DNA of 64,000 nucleotides from an uncultured virus (IMG/VR IMGVR_UViG_3300024313_000600) (taxonomy: Duplodnaviria; Heunggongvirae; Uroviricota; Caudoviricetes), in the IMG/VR virus record IMGVR_UViG_3300024313_000600, one strand, 5' to 3'. The position numbers and the translations under genes were made by a program. Each line of letters opens with the position of its first letter. Within the stretch, counting starts at the first letter, position 1. A model generated the notes under the pieces. That model did no database searches and was not told the origin of the DNA. It saw only the letters and a program-made list of their open reading frames with translations. Of this stretch, positions 29,301-38,126 are shown piece by piece.

Positions 29301-30989
29301 TTGAAATACTTAAAATTATTTGAACAGTTCATAAGTGAGAAGAAACCTGCAGGTGCACCTGATTGGCATGACTCTGATGCACCTGATGCAAACGGTAGAT
29401 TTAAAGATCTCTCTATAAAGGATTTAGCCGCATGGTTAATAAAAACTAGAAATAAAGATGTTAAAAAGATTAGCGGTTCTTTAACTCAGCAAGTAGTTTT
29501 TAATAGAAAGAGTGATCCTAAGTATGCTGAAAAGATGGAGAAAACCAGAAAAGAAGTTTACAAACAATTAGGTAGAGAAGATTTATTAGAATCTATATTA
29601 AATGAAGGTTATCAGTATTTCGATGGCAAAATGGCAAGAGGTATTAAAGGTGACTCTGGTGTTAAGTTTAAAAAAGGAGATAAGGTTACTTTAGAAATTC
29701 AGCCTAACTATTATATTATTTATGGACCTAATAGAAAACAAATCAGTTTAGATAAACAAGATTTTGATCCAGAGACATTACAACAGTATGTTATATATGA
29801 ATCAGCTGATATTACCATTGGTGGTAAAGAATATAAGCTTATTCAAAAAGGAAGTAAAATTACTCTAATTAATACTAAGTTATCAGCTGATAAGTTTATA
29901 TTTAGAAATGAAAAAGAATTTAAAGCATGGGCTGATGACCAAGTAGAACCAATTGGTGGAACTCAATCATCTCATTTTGGTATTAGTGAATCAGTTAATA
30001 ATGAAGACTATCTTAAGAAGGTTAATTTTATATTAGCAGGAGAAAAGATAGAAGGTCTTACTGGTAAAAACAATAAAAGAATTTATGGTAAAATAAACGA
30101 CGTATGTTTAGACAACCTATTTAATTCATTTTATGCAAAGGGTGATTATAAAAAAGACCTTGATGTTGATCCGAAGCTACCTCTTATTTATTATGGTGGA
30201 AATTCAAAAGAAGGTTTAGATTTTCTAAAGAGATACAATGTATCAGAGGATGTTATGTACAACTTACCAGAAGCAATGAAGGTTAGCGGTAATAAGAGTG
30301 ATTTTTATAAAATGTTTAAAGATACTGATTTTATACCAAAGGCAGTTTATAAAAAGGAAGATGCAAAAGATTTAGAATTTCCTATTATTGCAAAACCAGA
30401 TGATGGTCATTCTGGTTTAGGTATTGAGATTTTTGATACTTATGAAGACTTAGAAAAAAGTAAAGGTAAATTTGAAAACTATTCTGAGGCAAAAGACCTA
30501 GATAGAGAATTTAGAGTTTTACTAATGAATGAAGATCCTGTATTAGTTCATGAGAGAGTATCATTAAATGAAAATGAAATTAAAGATAAAGAAGCTGATG
30601 AACAAACTGAATTTACTTATGTAGATCAAGATATGAGTAAATTAGATTTTATGGATAAAGTAAATGACATCTGTAAAAAAGTTAGAGAAAAATTAAAACT
30701 TGGTCTTTGGTCAATAGATTTAATGATTGATAAGAGTGGAGATTGTTGGGTTGCCGAAATTAACTCAGCATCTGGTATGGCAGCAGATAAAATGGCAAGA
30801 GTATATGTTAAAGTATATGAAGATTTTTATGGAGAGAAATTGCCACAAGAGTTTAAGACTCATTTAAATGAAGAATACATTAAGCCTATTTATAAAATTA
30901 ATCTTAAAGAAAACAAGGATCAAATTAAAAGATCTAAGTGCTGCGTTAATTATCAGGATATTATTGATGGAAAGGAAACTATTCTTTAA
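29301..30989 (+). CDS. Leader-bearing multi-module protein with a C-terminal ATP-grasp (RimK-like) ligase
   Basis: TTG start, MKYLKLFEQFISE leader; FPIIAKPDDGHSGLGI, REFRV, SIDLM, EINSASG. Confidence 0.75.
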   Translation: MKYLKLFEQFISEKKPAGAPDWHDSDAPDANGRFKDLSIKDLAAWLIKTRNKDVKKISGSLTQQVVFNRKSDPKYAEKMEKTRKEVYKQLGREDLLESILNEGYQYFDGKMARGIKGDSGVKFKKGDKVTLEIQPNYYIIYGPNRKQISLDKQDFDPETLQQYVIYESADITIGGKEYKLIQKGSKITLINTKLSADKFIFRNEKEFKAWADDQVEPIGGTQSSHFGISESVNNEDYLKKVNFILAGEKIEGLTGKNNKRIYGKINDVCLDNLFNSFYAKGDYKKDLDVDPKLPLIYYGGNSKEGLDFLKRYNVSEDVMYNLPEAMKVSGNKSDFYKMFKDTDFIPKAVYKKEDAKDLEFPIIAKPDDGHSGLGIEIFDTYEDLEKSKGKFENYSEAKDLDREFRVLLMNEDPVLVHERVSLNENEIKDKEADEQTEFTYVDQDMSKLDFMDKVNDICKKVREKLKLGLWSIDLMIDKSGDCWVAEINSASGMAADKMARVYVKVYEDFYGEKLPQEFKTHLNEEYIKPIYKINLKENKDQIKRSKCCVNYQDIIDGKETIL

Positions 30990-30990
30990 T

Positions 30991-31043
30991 TAGAAAAAAG
31001 TTCCTTAATAATTTTCAGTTCCCAACTAATTTGATTATATTTA
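30991..31043 (+). promoter_or_regulatory. 53-bp conserved upstream element / early promoter, copy 2
   Basis: 43/53 identity to 21986-22038. Confidence 0.7.
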
Positions 31044-31075
31044 AATTATAACAGTTAATCTGTAAACAAAAAAAT

Positions 31076-31618
31076 ATGCTTAACGATTTAGAAAACTTAA
31101 AAGACTTTTTTATTACTTCTGATACATGGTTCGGAAGGCCTCAGATTTTACAAATAGCTAATCGTCTTCAATTTAATAACATTGAGGAGATGGATAAGCA
31201 ATTAGTAAAAAATTGGAATAAAAAAATAAAAAAGAATGATATTGTTTTTCACCTAGGCAATTTTGCATGGGATCCTCAAACTGCCAGAAAAATTCTCAAA
31301 AAGCTAAACGGTCAAATTTATTTTATGATTGGTAGTAATGATGAAGCGTTATTAGACGTCCAACATGAATTTGATAATTTATCTATAATAGAAGATCAAC
31401 TCGTAGAGATTCCACAATATGATTCTATACTTTGTCATTATCCATTAGAAGTATGGAATGGCAAAGATTCCGGTACTATTCATTTTCATGGTCATACTGT
31501 ATTTTCACATAAAACTGATTTAGTAAAAATGAATCGTATTAATGCATGTACAGATTTCTGGGGATTCGAACCAATTAAATTTTCAACCATCAAAGATTTT
31601 ATAAATGACAAAAATTAA
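31076..31618 (+). CDS. Calcineurin-like metallophosphoesterase fold with degenerate metal ligands
   Basis: SDTWFG, HLGNF, GSNDE, CHYP, FHGH. Confidence 0.75.
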   Translation: MLNDLENLKDFFITSDTWFGRPQILQIANRLQFNNIEEMDKQLVKNWNKKIKKNDIVFHLGNFAWDPQTARKILKKLNGQIYFMIGSNDEALLDVQHEFDNLSIIEDQLVEIPQYDSILCHYPLEVWNGKDSGTIHFHGHTVFSHKTDLVKMNRINACTDFWGFEPIKFSTIKDFINDKN

Positions 31619-32246
31619 AAAGAAGACTTACAAAGAGTTAGCAACAGAGTTTAAAAAGACTAGAAAAGAAAGTGTTTACAATGAGCTTTATCATAAAATG
31701 AGACCAGGCTTAAGATCTTATGTTTATAATATTATTAAAGATCCTTTAATTACTGATGATATTGTTTCTCATACACTAACCACAGTTTATTTGAAGATTG
31801 ATCAATATAATGAAGATTACCAAATTACTACGTGGGCTTATCGTATAGCATATAATGAATGTATAGGTTGGATTAGATTCAGAAACAAAAAGGTAAGTAT
31901 GAATGTTTTTACTGATGCTGGTGTTGAGCCATCTGGTATGGACAACGTATATACAATTAATGAAGATACTGGTTTATTAAAATCAGAAAGTGATTGGCTA
32001 GAAGAATCCACTTTATTGGATCAACAAGTCCGAATGACACATGAAGCAATTAATGCATTGCCTCCAATGTACAAGAGATATATGGTAGAAAGATTTTTAA
32101 ATCATAGATCATATCAGGATATTTTAGACATTATGATAGAGTCCGAAAAGGGCATAAATTTACAAACAGTTAAGAACAGAATATTTAGAGGAAGGAAAAT
32201 AGTTAAAAAACAGCTCGAAGGAATGAAACTATTTTCTGAAGTCTAA
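31605..32246 (+). CDS. ECF-type RNA polymerase sigma factor
   Basis: Region 2 TTWAYRIAYN; region 4 INALP..Y...SYQDI...TVKNRIFRGR. Confidence 0.88.
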   Translation: MTKIKKKTYKELATEFKKTRKESVYNELYHKMRPGLRSYVYNIIKDPLITDDIVSHTLTTVYLKIDQYNEDYQITTWAYRIAYNECIGWIRFRNKKVSMNVFTDAGVEPSGMDNVYTINEDTGLLKSESDWLEESTLLDQQVRMTHEAINALPPMYKRYMVERFLNHRSYQDILDIMIESEKGINLQTVKNRIFRGRKIVKKQLEGMKLFSEV

Positions 32247-32267
32247 ATACATAAATAACAAACGATT

Positions 32268-32720
32268 ATGTACATAAGTAAACTTTATAAAGAACTCAAG
32301 ATTTGGTGGCAAATAAGAAAGGTTGCTAAGTCTGAGGAAATTGCCTTACAAGAAAAAGGCTTTAGGGTAGATTGGATTGGAAGAATCTACACCGTGATTA
32401 ATTTACCGGAAGAGGTTGCAACAGCGCCAATTTCGCAAGAAGGTTATGTCTTGATGAAACTAAGAGAACATGATAAATTTTTATTGGAATTAGGTATTGC
32501 AGATTATGTATCACCTGAATTTGAAAAAATTAGCAATACAGATTCTTTTCTTTTAGTGCTATCAGCAGATAGAGAATATTTTAAATTATGGCCATTCTTA
32601 ATATCAGTACTTAAGACTACTGGTTTTATTTTATTACTAAGAGTCCTATATCTTCTATTTAGCCATAACCAAGAAAAAATTACTGAACTATGGAACAAAC
32701 TGATGATCCTAATATTTTAA
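32268..32720 (+). CDS. Hypothetical membrane-anchored protein
   Basis: RVDWIGRIYTVINLP; C-terminal hydrophobic segment. Confidence 0.6.
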   Translation: MYISKLYKELKIWWQIRKVAKSEEIALQEKGFRVDWIGRIYTVINLPEEVATAPISQEGYVLMKLREHDKFLLELGIADYVSPEFEKISNTDSFLLVLSADREYFKLWPFLISVLKTTGFILLLRVLYLLFSHNQEKITELWNKLMILIF

Positions 32721-32941
32721 GAAAACAGGTTGATAAAATTGATAAAGAACTTGATCAATTAGAAAAAGTAAAAGAAGAAATACAAAATGAATGCAAACAC
32801 AAAGGAGAAACGTTTGTACAATTTGATAAATCAAACTCTATGAAAAAATACTGCTCTGAATGCAAAAGAGAATTAGGTTATCCTACAAAAGCAGAGCAAG
32901 AAATATTTCTAGGCAATAAAACAAAATATGGCAACAGCTGA
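32690..32941 (+). CDS. Small coiled-coil / Zn-binding protein
   Basis: CKH...CSEC. Confidence 0.6.
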   Translation: MEQTDDPNILRKQVDKIDKELDQLEKVKEEIQNECKHKGETFVQFDKSNSMKKYCSECKRELGYPTKAEQEIFLGNKTKYGNS

Positions 32942-33677
32942 ATCACTAGCAACAACAGAAACTATAAATGGTAAAAGATACTATAATATAGGAGAAGGTA
33001 AAAAATACCCATCAGTAACAACTATCTTAGGCGCAATGACTGATAAATCAGGAATTGATAAATGGAGAAAGAGAGTAGGAGATGATGAAGCAGATAGAAT
33101 TTCTAAGTTCTCTGCTAACCGAGGAACCGTAATGCATCAGTTCTGCGAATACTTTTTAGGATCTGAAAAGGAAACTGTTAGAGAAAGGTTAATGGAGGCA
33201 CAAACTCTCATAGGACCTTTCGTTGAAGAAAACGGTTTTACTGAAGCTGAAACTAACGTAGGTAGAAAACTATTTTTTAATTTTTATAATAATGAATGTT
33301 TTGATAGGATAGCTAAAGTAGTGTCCATAGAAGATACATTACATTCACCTCAGATGGGTGGTTATGCAGGTAGAGTTGATATTATTTACGAGAATAAGAA
33401 AGCTCATCTAGTCGTCTTAGATTTTAAATCTTCAAAGAAACCTAAAAGAGAAGATTGGATTGAAAATTATAAAATGCAAATTGCGGCATATTCTTTAGCT
33501 TATTGGGAAATGAACGGAGTAAAACCAGAAGGTGGTGAAATATGGATTAGTAATGAAGCTGACGCATTTCCACAAGTATTTGAAATGACATTTGACGATA
33601 TATCATTTTATGGTAAGAAATTCCTTACATTAGTAAAGGAGTTTCATGAAAAGTATCCATTAAACGAGAATATATAA
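32928..33677 (+). CDS. PD-(D/E)XK exonuclease (Cas4-like/ExoA-like phage type)
   Basis: YPSVTTIL, RGT.MH, AGRVD, DFKSS, QIAAY. Confidence 0.85.
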   Translation: MATAESLATTETINGKRYYNIGEGKKYPSVTTILGAMTDKSGIDKWRKRVGDDEADRISKFSANRGTVMHQFCEYFLGSEKETVRERLMEAQTLIGPFVEENGFTEAETNVGRKLFFNFYNNECFDRIAKVVSIEDTLHSPQMGGYAGRVDIIYENKKAHLVVLDFKSSKKPKREDWIENYKMQIAAYSLAYWEMNGVKPEGGEIWISNEADAFPQVFEMTFDDISFYGKKFLTLVKEFHEKYPLNENI

Positions 33678-33694
33678 AAAAATAATAAATTTAA

Positions 33695-33982
33695 ATGGCA
33701 ATTAAATCATTTAAGGATTTTATAACAGAGGAGCTAAATCATGTAAGACATAAGAAAGTTAAGCATGTGGAAGATCATAATCCAGAAGATGGAAAGAATA
33801 AGGAAGCTGAGGTTAAAGCTGAAGAATATTTAGAAGACGTTAAAGAAGATTGCCCTAGATGCGGTGAGCATGTAAATGATTGCCAATGTGAAAAAGATGA
33901 TCCTTGGTCAACTCAAAATTATCATAGAGTACCCAAAGGAGAAGAGGAAAAAGCAAAACCAAAACAAGAATTTAAAAAATAA
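33695..33982 (+). CDS. Small leader-bearing protein with a Cys cluster
   Basis: MAIKSFKDFITEE; CPRC....C.C; late motif at 33668. Confidence 0.65.
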   Translation: MAIKSFKDFITEELNHVRHKKVKHVEDHNPEDGKNKEAEVKAEEYLEDVKEDCPRCGEHVNDCQCEKDDPWSTQNYHRVPKGEEEKAKPKQEFKK

Positions 33983-33986
33983 AACA

Positions 33987-34274
33987 ATGAGTAAATTTAA
34001 CAAATTTTTTGCAGATCATGGAATTAAAATAGTTTTAGCATTAATGTTGCTAACTTATTTTAAATCATGTAGTATTGATTCAGAAGTAGAAAGAATCAAA
34101 AAAGAACAACGAATTTTAACTACGGAGATTGATACATTATCAACTCAAATAGTAAATGAGGAGGAAATGATATATCTTATCAAAACCGTTCCTGCTTGGA
34201 AAACTCTAAGAATTGAAGAAATTTCTGATAAAGAAAGAATTTCTATTAATGCCTTAGAAGAAAAAGAAGACTAA
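33987..34274 (+). CDS. Membrane-anchored coiled-coil protein
   Basis: Start revised to ATG 33987 (MSKFNK); N-terminal TM helix followed by a coiled coil. Confidence 0.55.
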   Translation: MSKFNKFFADHGIKIVLALMLLTYFKSCSIDSEVERIKKEQRILTTEIDTLSTQIVNEEEMIYLIKTVPAWKTLRIEEISDKERISINALEEKED

Positions 34275-34276
34275 AT

Positions 34277-34852
34277 GTGGCTGGTAGAGTACCTATAATC
34301 CCAGGAGTTCCTACTCCAAGTGACCCTCAATGTTCTTTAACGTATTGTGGTAGAATCATTGCTCAGGTAGACTGTATTAAGTACATAATGCAAGGAACTA
34401 CCGCATGCATAGATATTCAATTATTTGGAGCTAATGATTTACCTTTAAACTTAGACAATATTTGTGATATTCATATCCAGTTAACGAATGAACTAGAATG
34501 CGTGGTAGCTAATTTTTGGTACCCGGATATTCCTTCAGGGTCAAAAGGATTTCTTATAGATGTTTTACAATTCACAGATACTTCAGGTGTCATTCATAAT
34601 GAAGGATTAATAAGAATATGTTTATCTGCTGAATGTACTAAGGTAAGCCCTGGTAATATTTTTGCAGAAATTTTATTAACCGAATGTGCAAATGAAAATA
34701 CAGGAGATCCTACTGGTTACTTACCAACAGGCACAGCCGAAGTATACGGTATACCATGTTTATGGGTAGCAACAATCCTAGAATCTAAAATTAATAAAAA
34801 TGGCGGTTCTTCCGGTTGTGGTACTGGTGGATTAGTTACCGGGAGTATATAA
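34277..34852 (+). CDS. Cys-rich beta-sandwich putative virion protein
   Basis: GTG start; many Cys, beta-strand pattern. Confidence 0.5.
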   Translation: MAGRVPIIPGVPTPSDPQCSLTYCGRIIAQVDCIKYIMQGTTACIDIQLFGANDLPLNLDNICDIHIQLTNELECVVANFWYPDIPSGSKGFLIDVLQFTDTSGVIHNEGLIRICLSAECTKVSPGNIFAEILLTECANENTGDPTGYLPTGTAEVYGIPCLWVATILESKINKNGGSSGCGTGGLVTGSI

Positions 34853-34864
34853 ATAAATTGAATT

Positions 34865-35635
34865 ATGAAAGATAAATTAGTACATATAAGTATAATTAGC
34901 ATTTTTGTTAGTTTATATTTTTTAGTAGCTACAATATCAATGATTAACTCTGTGGCCTTTTTTGATTTAGCACACGACGGCTTTATGAACTGGGCTTTAG
35001 CTATTGGTTTTGAATTAGGGGCAGCGGCCTCTCTTGCAGCAATAATTATTTTAGACAAAACAAACAAGACAATGGTATGGAGTTTATTTTTACTTCTTAC
35101 TGCATTTCAAATGATGGCAAATTCATATCATGCATTTGTTAACTTAGAAGAATATATGGGATGGATAGAACTCTTTGGTTTAGAGGAAGAAGAGCCTATC
35201 ATTCAGAAAAGAATTTTGTCTGTAGTTAGTGGAGCTATACTTCCATTAGTTGCATTAGGTTTTATAAAATCTCTTACTGATTATATAAAGCCCGAAGAAT
35301 TAGAAATAGAAGATATTGCTACAGAAGAAGTTAATACAGAAGTAAAAGAAATTACCACAGAAATAGAAATAAAAAAAACTTCAGAAAATCTAACTGAAGA
35401 GATTGATAATAAACCATCCGAAAACTTGGAAGAGGTTATTAATGAATCACAAGAAAAGGACGAAATAATACCTACGATTGATAATTCTGTTATAGATGCA
35501 TCAAGAGTTAGTAAAGCCACTGTTCATCATGTGGAAAAAGTCCCAAAGGAAAAAAATGATTCAGAAATAAAAAGCCCAGGCAAACAGGAGCGAACACATG
35601 TAATCAGTACGAGTAATTCGTATACCAACTCTTAA
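34865..35635 (+). CDS. Multi-TM membrane protein with an acidic C-terminal tail
   Basis: Four hydrophobic segments, LAIGFELG. Confidence 0.6.
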   Translation: MKDKLVHISIISIFVSLYFLVATISMINSVAFFDLAHDGFMNWALAIGFELGAAASLAAIIILDKTNKTMVWSLFLLLTAFQMMANSYHAFVNLEEYMGWIELFGLEEEEPIIQKRILSVVSGAILPLVALGFIKSLTDYIKPEELEIEDIATEEVNTEVKEITTEIEIKKTSENLTEEIDNKPSENLEEVINESQEKDEIIPTIDNSVIDASRVSKATVHHVEKVPKEKNDSEIKSPGKQERTHVISTSNSYTNS

Positions 35636-35670
35636 GAAACTAAACTCTTAGAGTAAAAAAAATATTCGCA

Positions 35671-36372
35671 ATGCCAGCAAGAACATATGATGACGATGTC
35701 TTTCGTCAAAAAAGAGTTATCAAAAATCCAATTAAATTTAATATACAACTAAACGAGGAACAAAAAAGCGCAAAAGAACAAATACTACAAAATACAATAA
35801 CAGTATTATCAGGTAAAGCAGGGAGTGGTAAAACTCTATTAGCATGCCAAGTAGCATTAGATGGTCTTTTCAGAAGACACTATGAAAAAATCATAATAAC
35901 ACGACCAACGGTATCAAAAGAAGAGATTGGATTTTTGCCTGGTGATTTACACCAAAAAATGGATCCTTGGGTTCAACCAATATATCAAAACATGTATACT
36001 TTATATGGTAAAGAACGTGTAGATCCTTTTATAAAAGATGGTAAAATAGAAATAGTACCAGTGGCTTTTATGAGAGGGAGAACATTTTTAGATAGTGTTG
36101 TTATTGTTGATGAAGCACAAAATGTTACGATGAGCCAAATGGAAATGATTGCAACCAGAATAGGTTTAAGATCAAAAATGATTGTATGTGGAGATGACGG
36201 GCAAGTTGATTTAAAAAATAGCAGAGATTCAGGTTTTAGATTTTTATACAAATTAGGAAAAAAGATAAAGAACTTTGTTTCTATTACATTATTTGAAAAT
36301 CATAGGGATCCTATTGTAGATGATCTTATTGAAGCATATGAAGAGTTCTATGATAAGAGAAAGAATAAATAA
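35671..36372 (+). CDS. phoH: PhoH-family ATPase
   Basis: GKAGSGKT, IGFLPGD, FMRGRTF, DEAQN, GD..QVDL, HR.PIV. Confidence 0.93.
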   Translation: MPARTYDDDVFRQKRVIKNPIKFNIQLNEEQKSAKEQILQNTITVLSGKAGSGKTLLACQVALDGLFRRHYEKIIITRPTVSKEEIGFLPGDLHQKMDPWVQPIYQNMYTLYGKERVDPFIKDGKIEIVPVAFMRGRTFLDSVVIVDEAQNVTMSQMEMIATRIGLRSKMIVCGDDGQVDLKNSRDSGFRFLYKLGKKIKNFVSITLFENHRDPIVDDLIEAYEEFYDKRKNK

Positions 36373-36389
36373 ATCAAATAACTATAACT

Positions 36390-37265
36390 ATGATATTAAA
36401 GCAAGGATCTACTGGACCTGAAGTTGCTGAAGTACAAACCTTCTTAAAGATTAATGCTGATGGTAAATTTGGTCCGAAAACTCATAATAAAGTATGCGAA
36501 TGGCAATCTCAAAATGGACTGGTGGTTGATGGTATTGTTGGTCCTGCCACTTGGGATTGTATGGGTCTCGCTAGCACTGATAATTCGGAGCTTACTTACG
36601 AAACGAAATGTGGATTAATAATTCATAAACATTTTTTACCACAGCACGAATATTTTACAGGTAGTAAACCAGAATATGTATTTCTTCATCATACCGCAGG
36701 TTGGAATAATCCATTCAAAACAATTGATCATTGGGCAGGTGATACCAGAGGTAGCGTTGCAACAGAATTTGTTTTAGGTGGGCAATCAATAAAAGGTAAT
36801 GATAATCAATATGACGGTGAATTAGTACAGTGTATGCCAGCCGGTGGTTGGGGATGGCACTTAGGAACAGGAAGAAGCTATATGCACCAAAACTCTGTAG
36901 GAATTGAAGTAAATAATTTTGGATGGATTAAAGATGGTAAAACATATGCAGGTACTCGAGCCGATGCATCTCAACTTGTTACTTTAGCAAAACCTTTTAG
37001 AGGATATAAAACATGGCACAGGTATTCTGATAAACAAATAGAAGTACTAAGAGATTGGATACTTTGGATTGGTGATAGAGATAACATTGATGTTAGAGCC
37101 GGTTTACCTGCTCTTATTAAAGAAAAAGGTGCTGATGCATTTGAATTTAATCAAGAAGTATTAGAAGGAAAGCATAAAGGATTATGGACACACAGTAATG
37201 TTCGTACAACTAAATCTGATATGTTTCCTCAACCTGAACTAATGGATATGCTAATGTCTTTATAG
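36390..37265 (+). CDS. Endolysin: peptidoglycan-binding domain plus N-acetylmuramoyl-L-alanine amidase
   Basis: LKQGS.G..V..VQ..L...DG.FGP.T; LHHTAG, SVGIEV, THS...KSD. Confidence 0.85.
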   Translation: MILKQGSTGPEVAEVQTFLKINADGKFGPKTHNKVCEWQSQNGLVVDGIVGPATWDCMGLASTDNSELTYETKCGLIIHKHFLPQHEYFTGSKPEYVFLHHTAGWNNPFKTIDHWAGDTRGSVATEFVLGGQSIKGNDNQYDGELVQCMPAGGWGWHLGTGRSYMHQNSVGIEVNNFGWIKDGKTYAGTRADASQLVTLAKPFRGYKTWHRYSDKQIEVLRDWILWIGDRDNIDVRAGLPALIKEKGADAFEFNQEVLEGKHKGLWTHSNVRTTKSDMFPQPELMDMLMSL

Positions 37266-37275
37266 ACATTTAACC

Positions 37276-37288
37276 TGACACAATGTCA
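37276..37288. promoter_or_regulatory. Palindromic operator/enhancer TGACA-N3-TGTCA upstream of Hsp20
   Basis: Perfect inverted repeat. Confidence 0.45.
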
Positions 37289-37320
37289 TAACCAAACATA
37301 GAAAGATGACAATATTTCCG

Positions 37321-37356
37321 AAAAACCGTGCTATTTCACTTGTGGCACGGTTTTTT
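37321..37356 (+). terminator. Hairpin terminator of the endolysin gene (overlaps a sigma54-like TGGCACG box)
   Basis: AAAAACCGTGC ... GCACGGTTTTTT, 11-bp stem. Confidence 0.65.
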
Positions 37357-37411
37357 CAGTATATTAATTAAATAAGGAATAATCCTTGTTATAACTAAAA
37401 ATAATTAAACT

Positions 37412-37771
37412 ATGTTTACATTTAAATCAAATTTTGATGAGATCCTAAAGGACCATCCGTTTTGGGGAGAATTGGATAAAATCAAAAATCCCTTTAAAGA
37501 ATACCACTTCGATAAAGAAGATGGTAAATACATTTTAGAAATGCCAGTTCCTGGTTTTGATAAAGAAGATATTAAAATCAAACTTATTAAGAATGACCTA
37601 AGTGTTGTAATTGAAAGTGAAGATAACATGTGGACTCCACCTTTAAGTAAAAGGTTTGGTCTACCTGATGATTTTGATAGAAAGAAAATCAAAGCAAAAG
37701 TAGAAAAAGGTATACTATATGTTACTATACCAACCAAAAAAGATTTAGAAAATGATATCGAAATATTATGA
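37412..37771 (+). CDS. Small heat shock protein (Hsp20/alpha-crystallin)
   Basis: LEMPVPGFDKEDIKI, F.LP, A..EKGILYVTIP, C-terminal IEI. Confidence 0.88.
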   Translation: MFTFKSNFDEILKDHPFWGELDKIKNPFKEYHFDKEDGKYILEMPVPGFDKEDIKIKLIKNDLSVVIESEDNMWTPPLSKRFGLPDDFDRKKIKAKVEKGILYVTIPTKKDLENDIEIL

Positions 37772-37817
37772 AACTAAATTAATTTAAGGTATATAATAAT
37801 AAACAAATTTATAAATT

Positions 37818-38045
37818 ATGTCAAAAGAAACTAACGAGATGAATCAAGGGCAAGCAGTTAATGTACTTATACAAGCTGCGCGCATTGCACAAGGTAAAGG
37901 CGCATTTACATTAGAAGACGCTGAAATGGTTGCAAAAGCTATTAAAGTTTTTGTACCACCAACAACAGAAGCTGAAGGTGAAGATGCCAACGCAGTAGTT
38001 AATGAAGAAGGGCCTACTGAGCCTGTTATTGAAAAAGTTAAGTAA
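37818..38045 (+). CDS. Hypothetical protein
   Basis: AQGKGAFTLEDA motif. Confidence 0.6.
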   Translation: MSKETNEMNQGQAVNVLIQAARIAQGKGAFTLEDAEMVAKAIKVFVPPTTEAEGEDANAVVNEEGPTEPVIEKVK

Positions 38046-38066
38046 CTTACTTCTCATAACATTTAG

Positions 38067-38094
38067 AAAAGGGAGAAGAAATTCTCCCTTTTTT
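38067..38094 (+). terminator. Rho-independent terminator
   Basis: AAAAGGGAGAA-gaaa-TTCTCCCTTTTTT. Confidence 0.85.
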
Positions 38095-38126
38095 AGTATG
38101 AATAAATAACAAAATAACTTATCTCA

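Noticed and set aside
32928..33677. Cas4-like nuclease as evidence of a CRISPR-Cas system
   Set aside because: No array or other cas genes are present and no Fe-S cysteine cluster is evident. Stand-alone PD-(D/E)XK exonucleases are common in T4-like phages.
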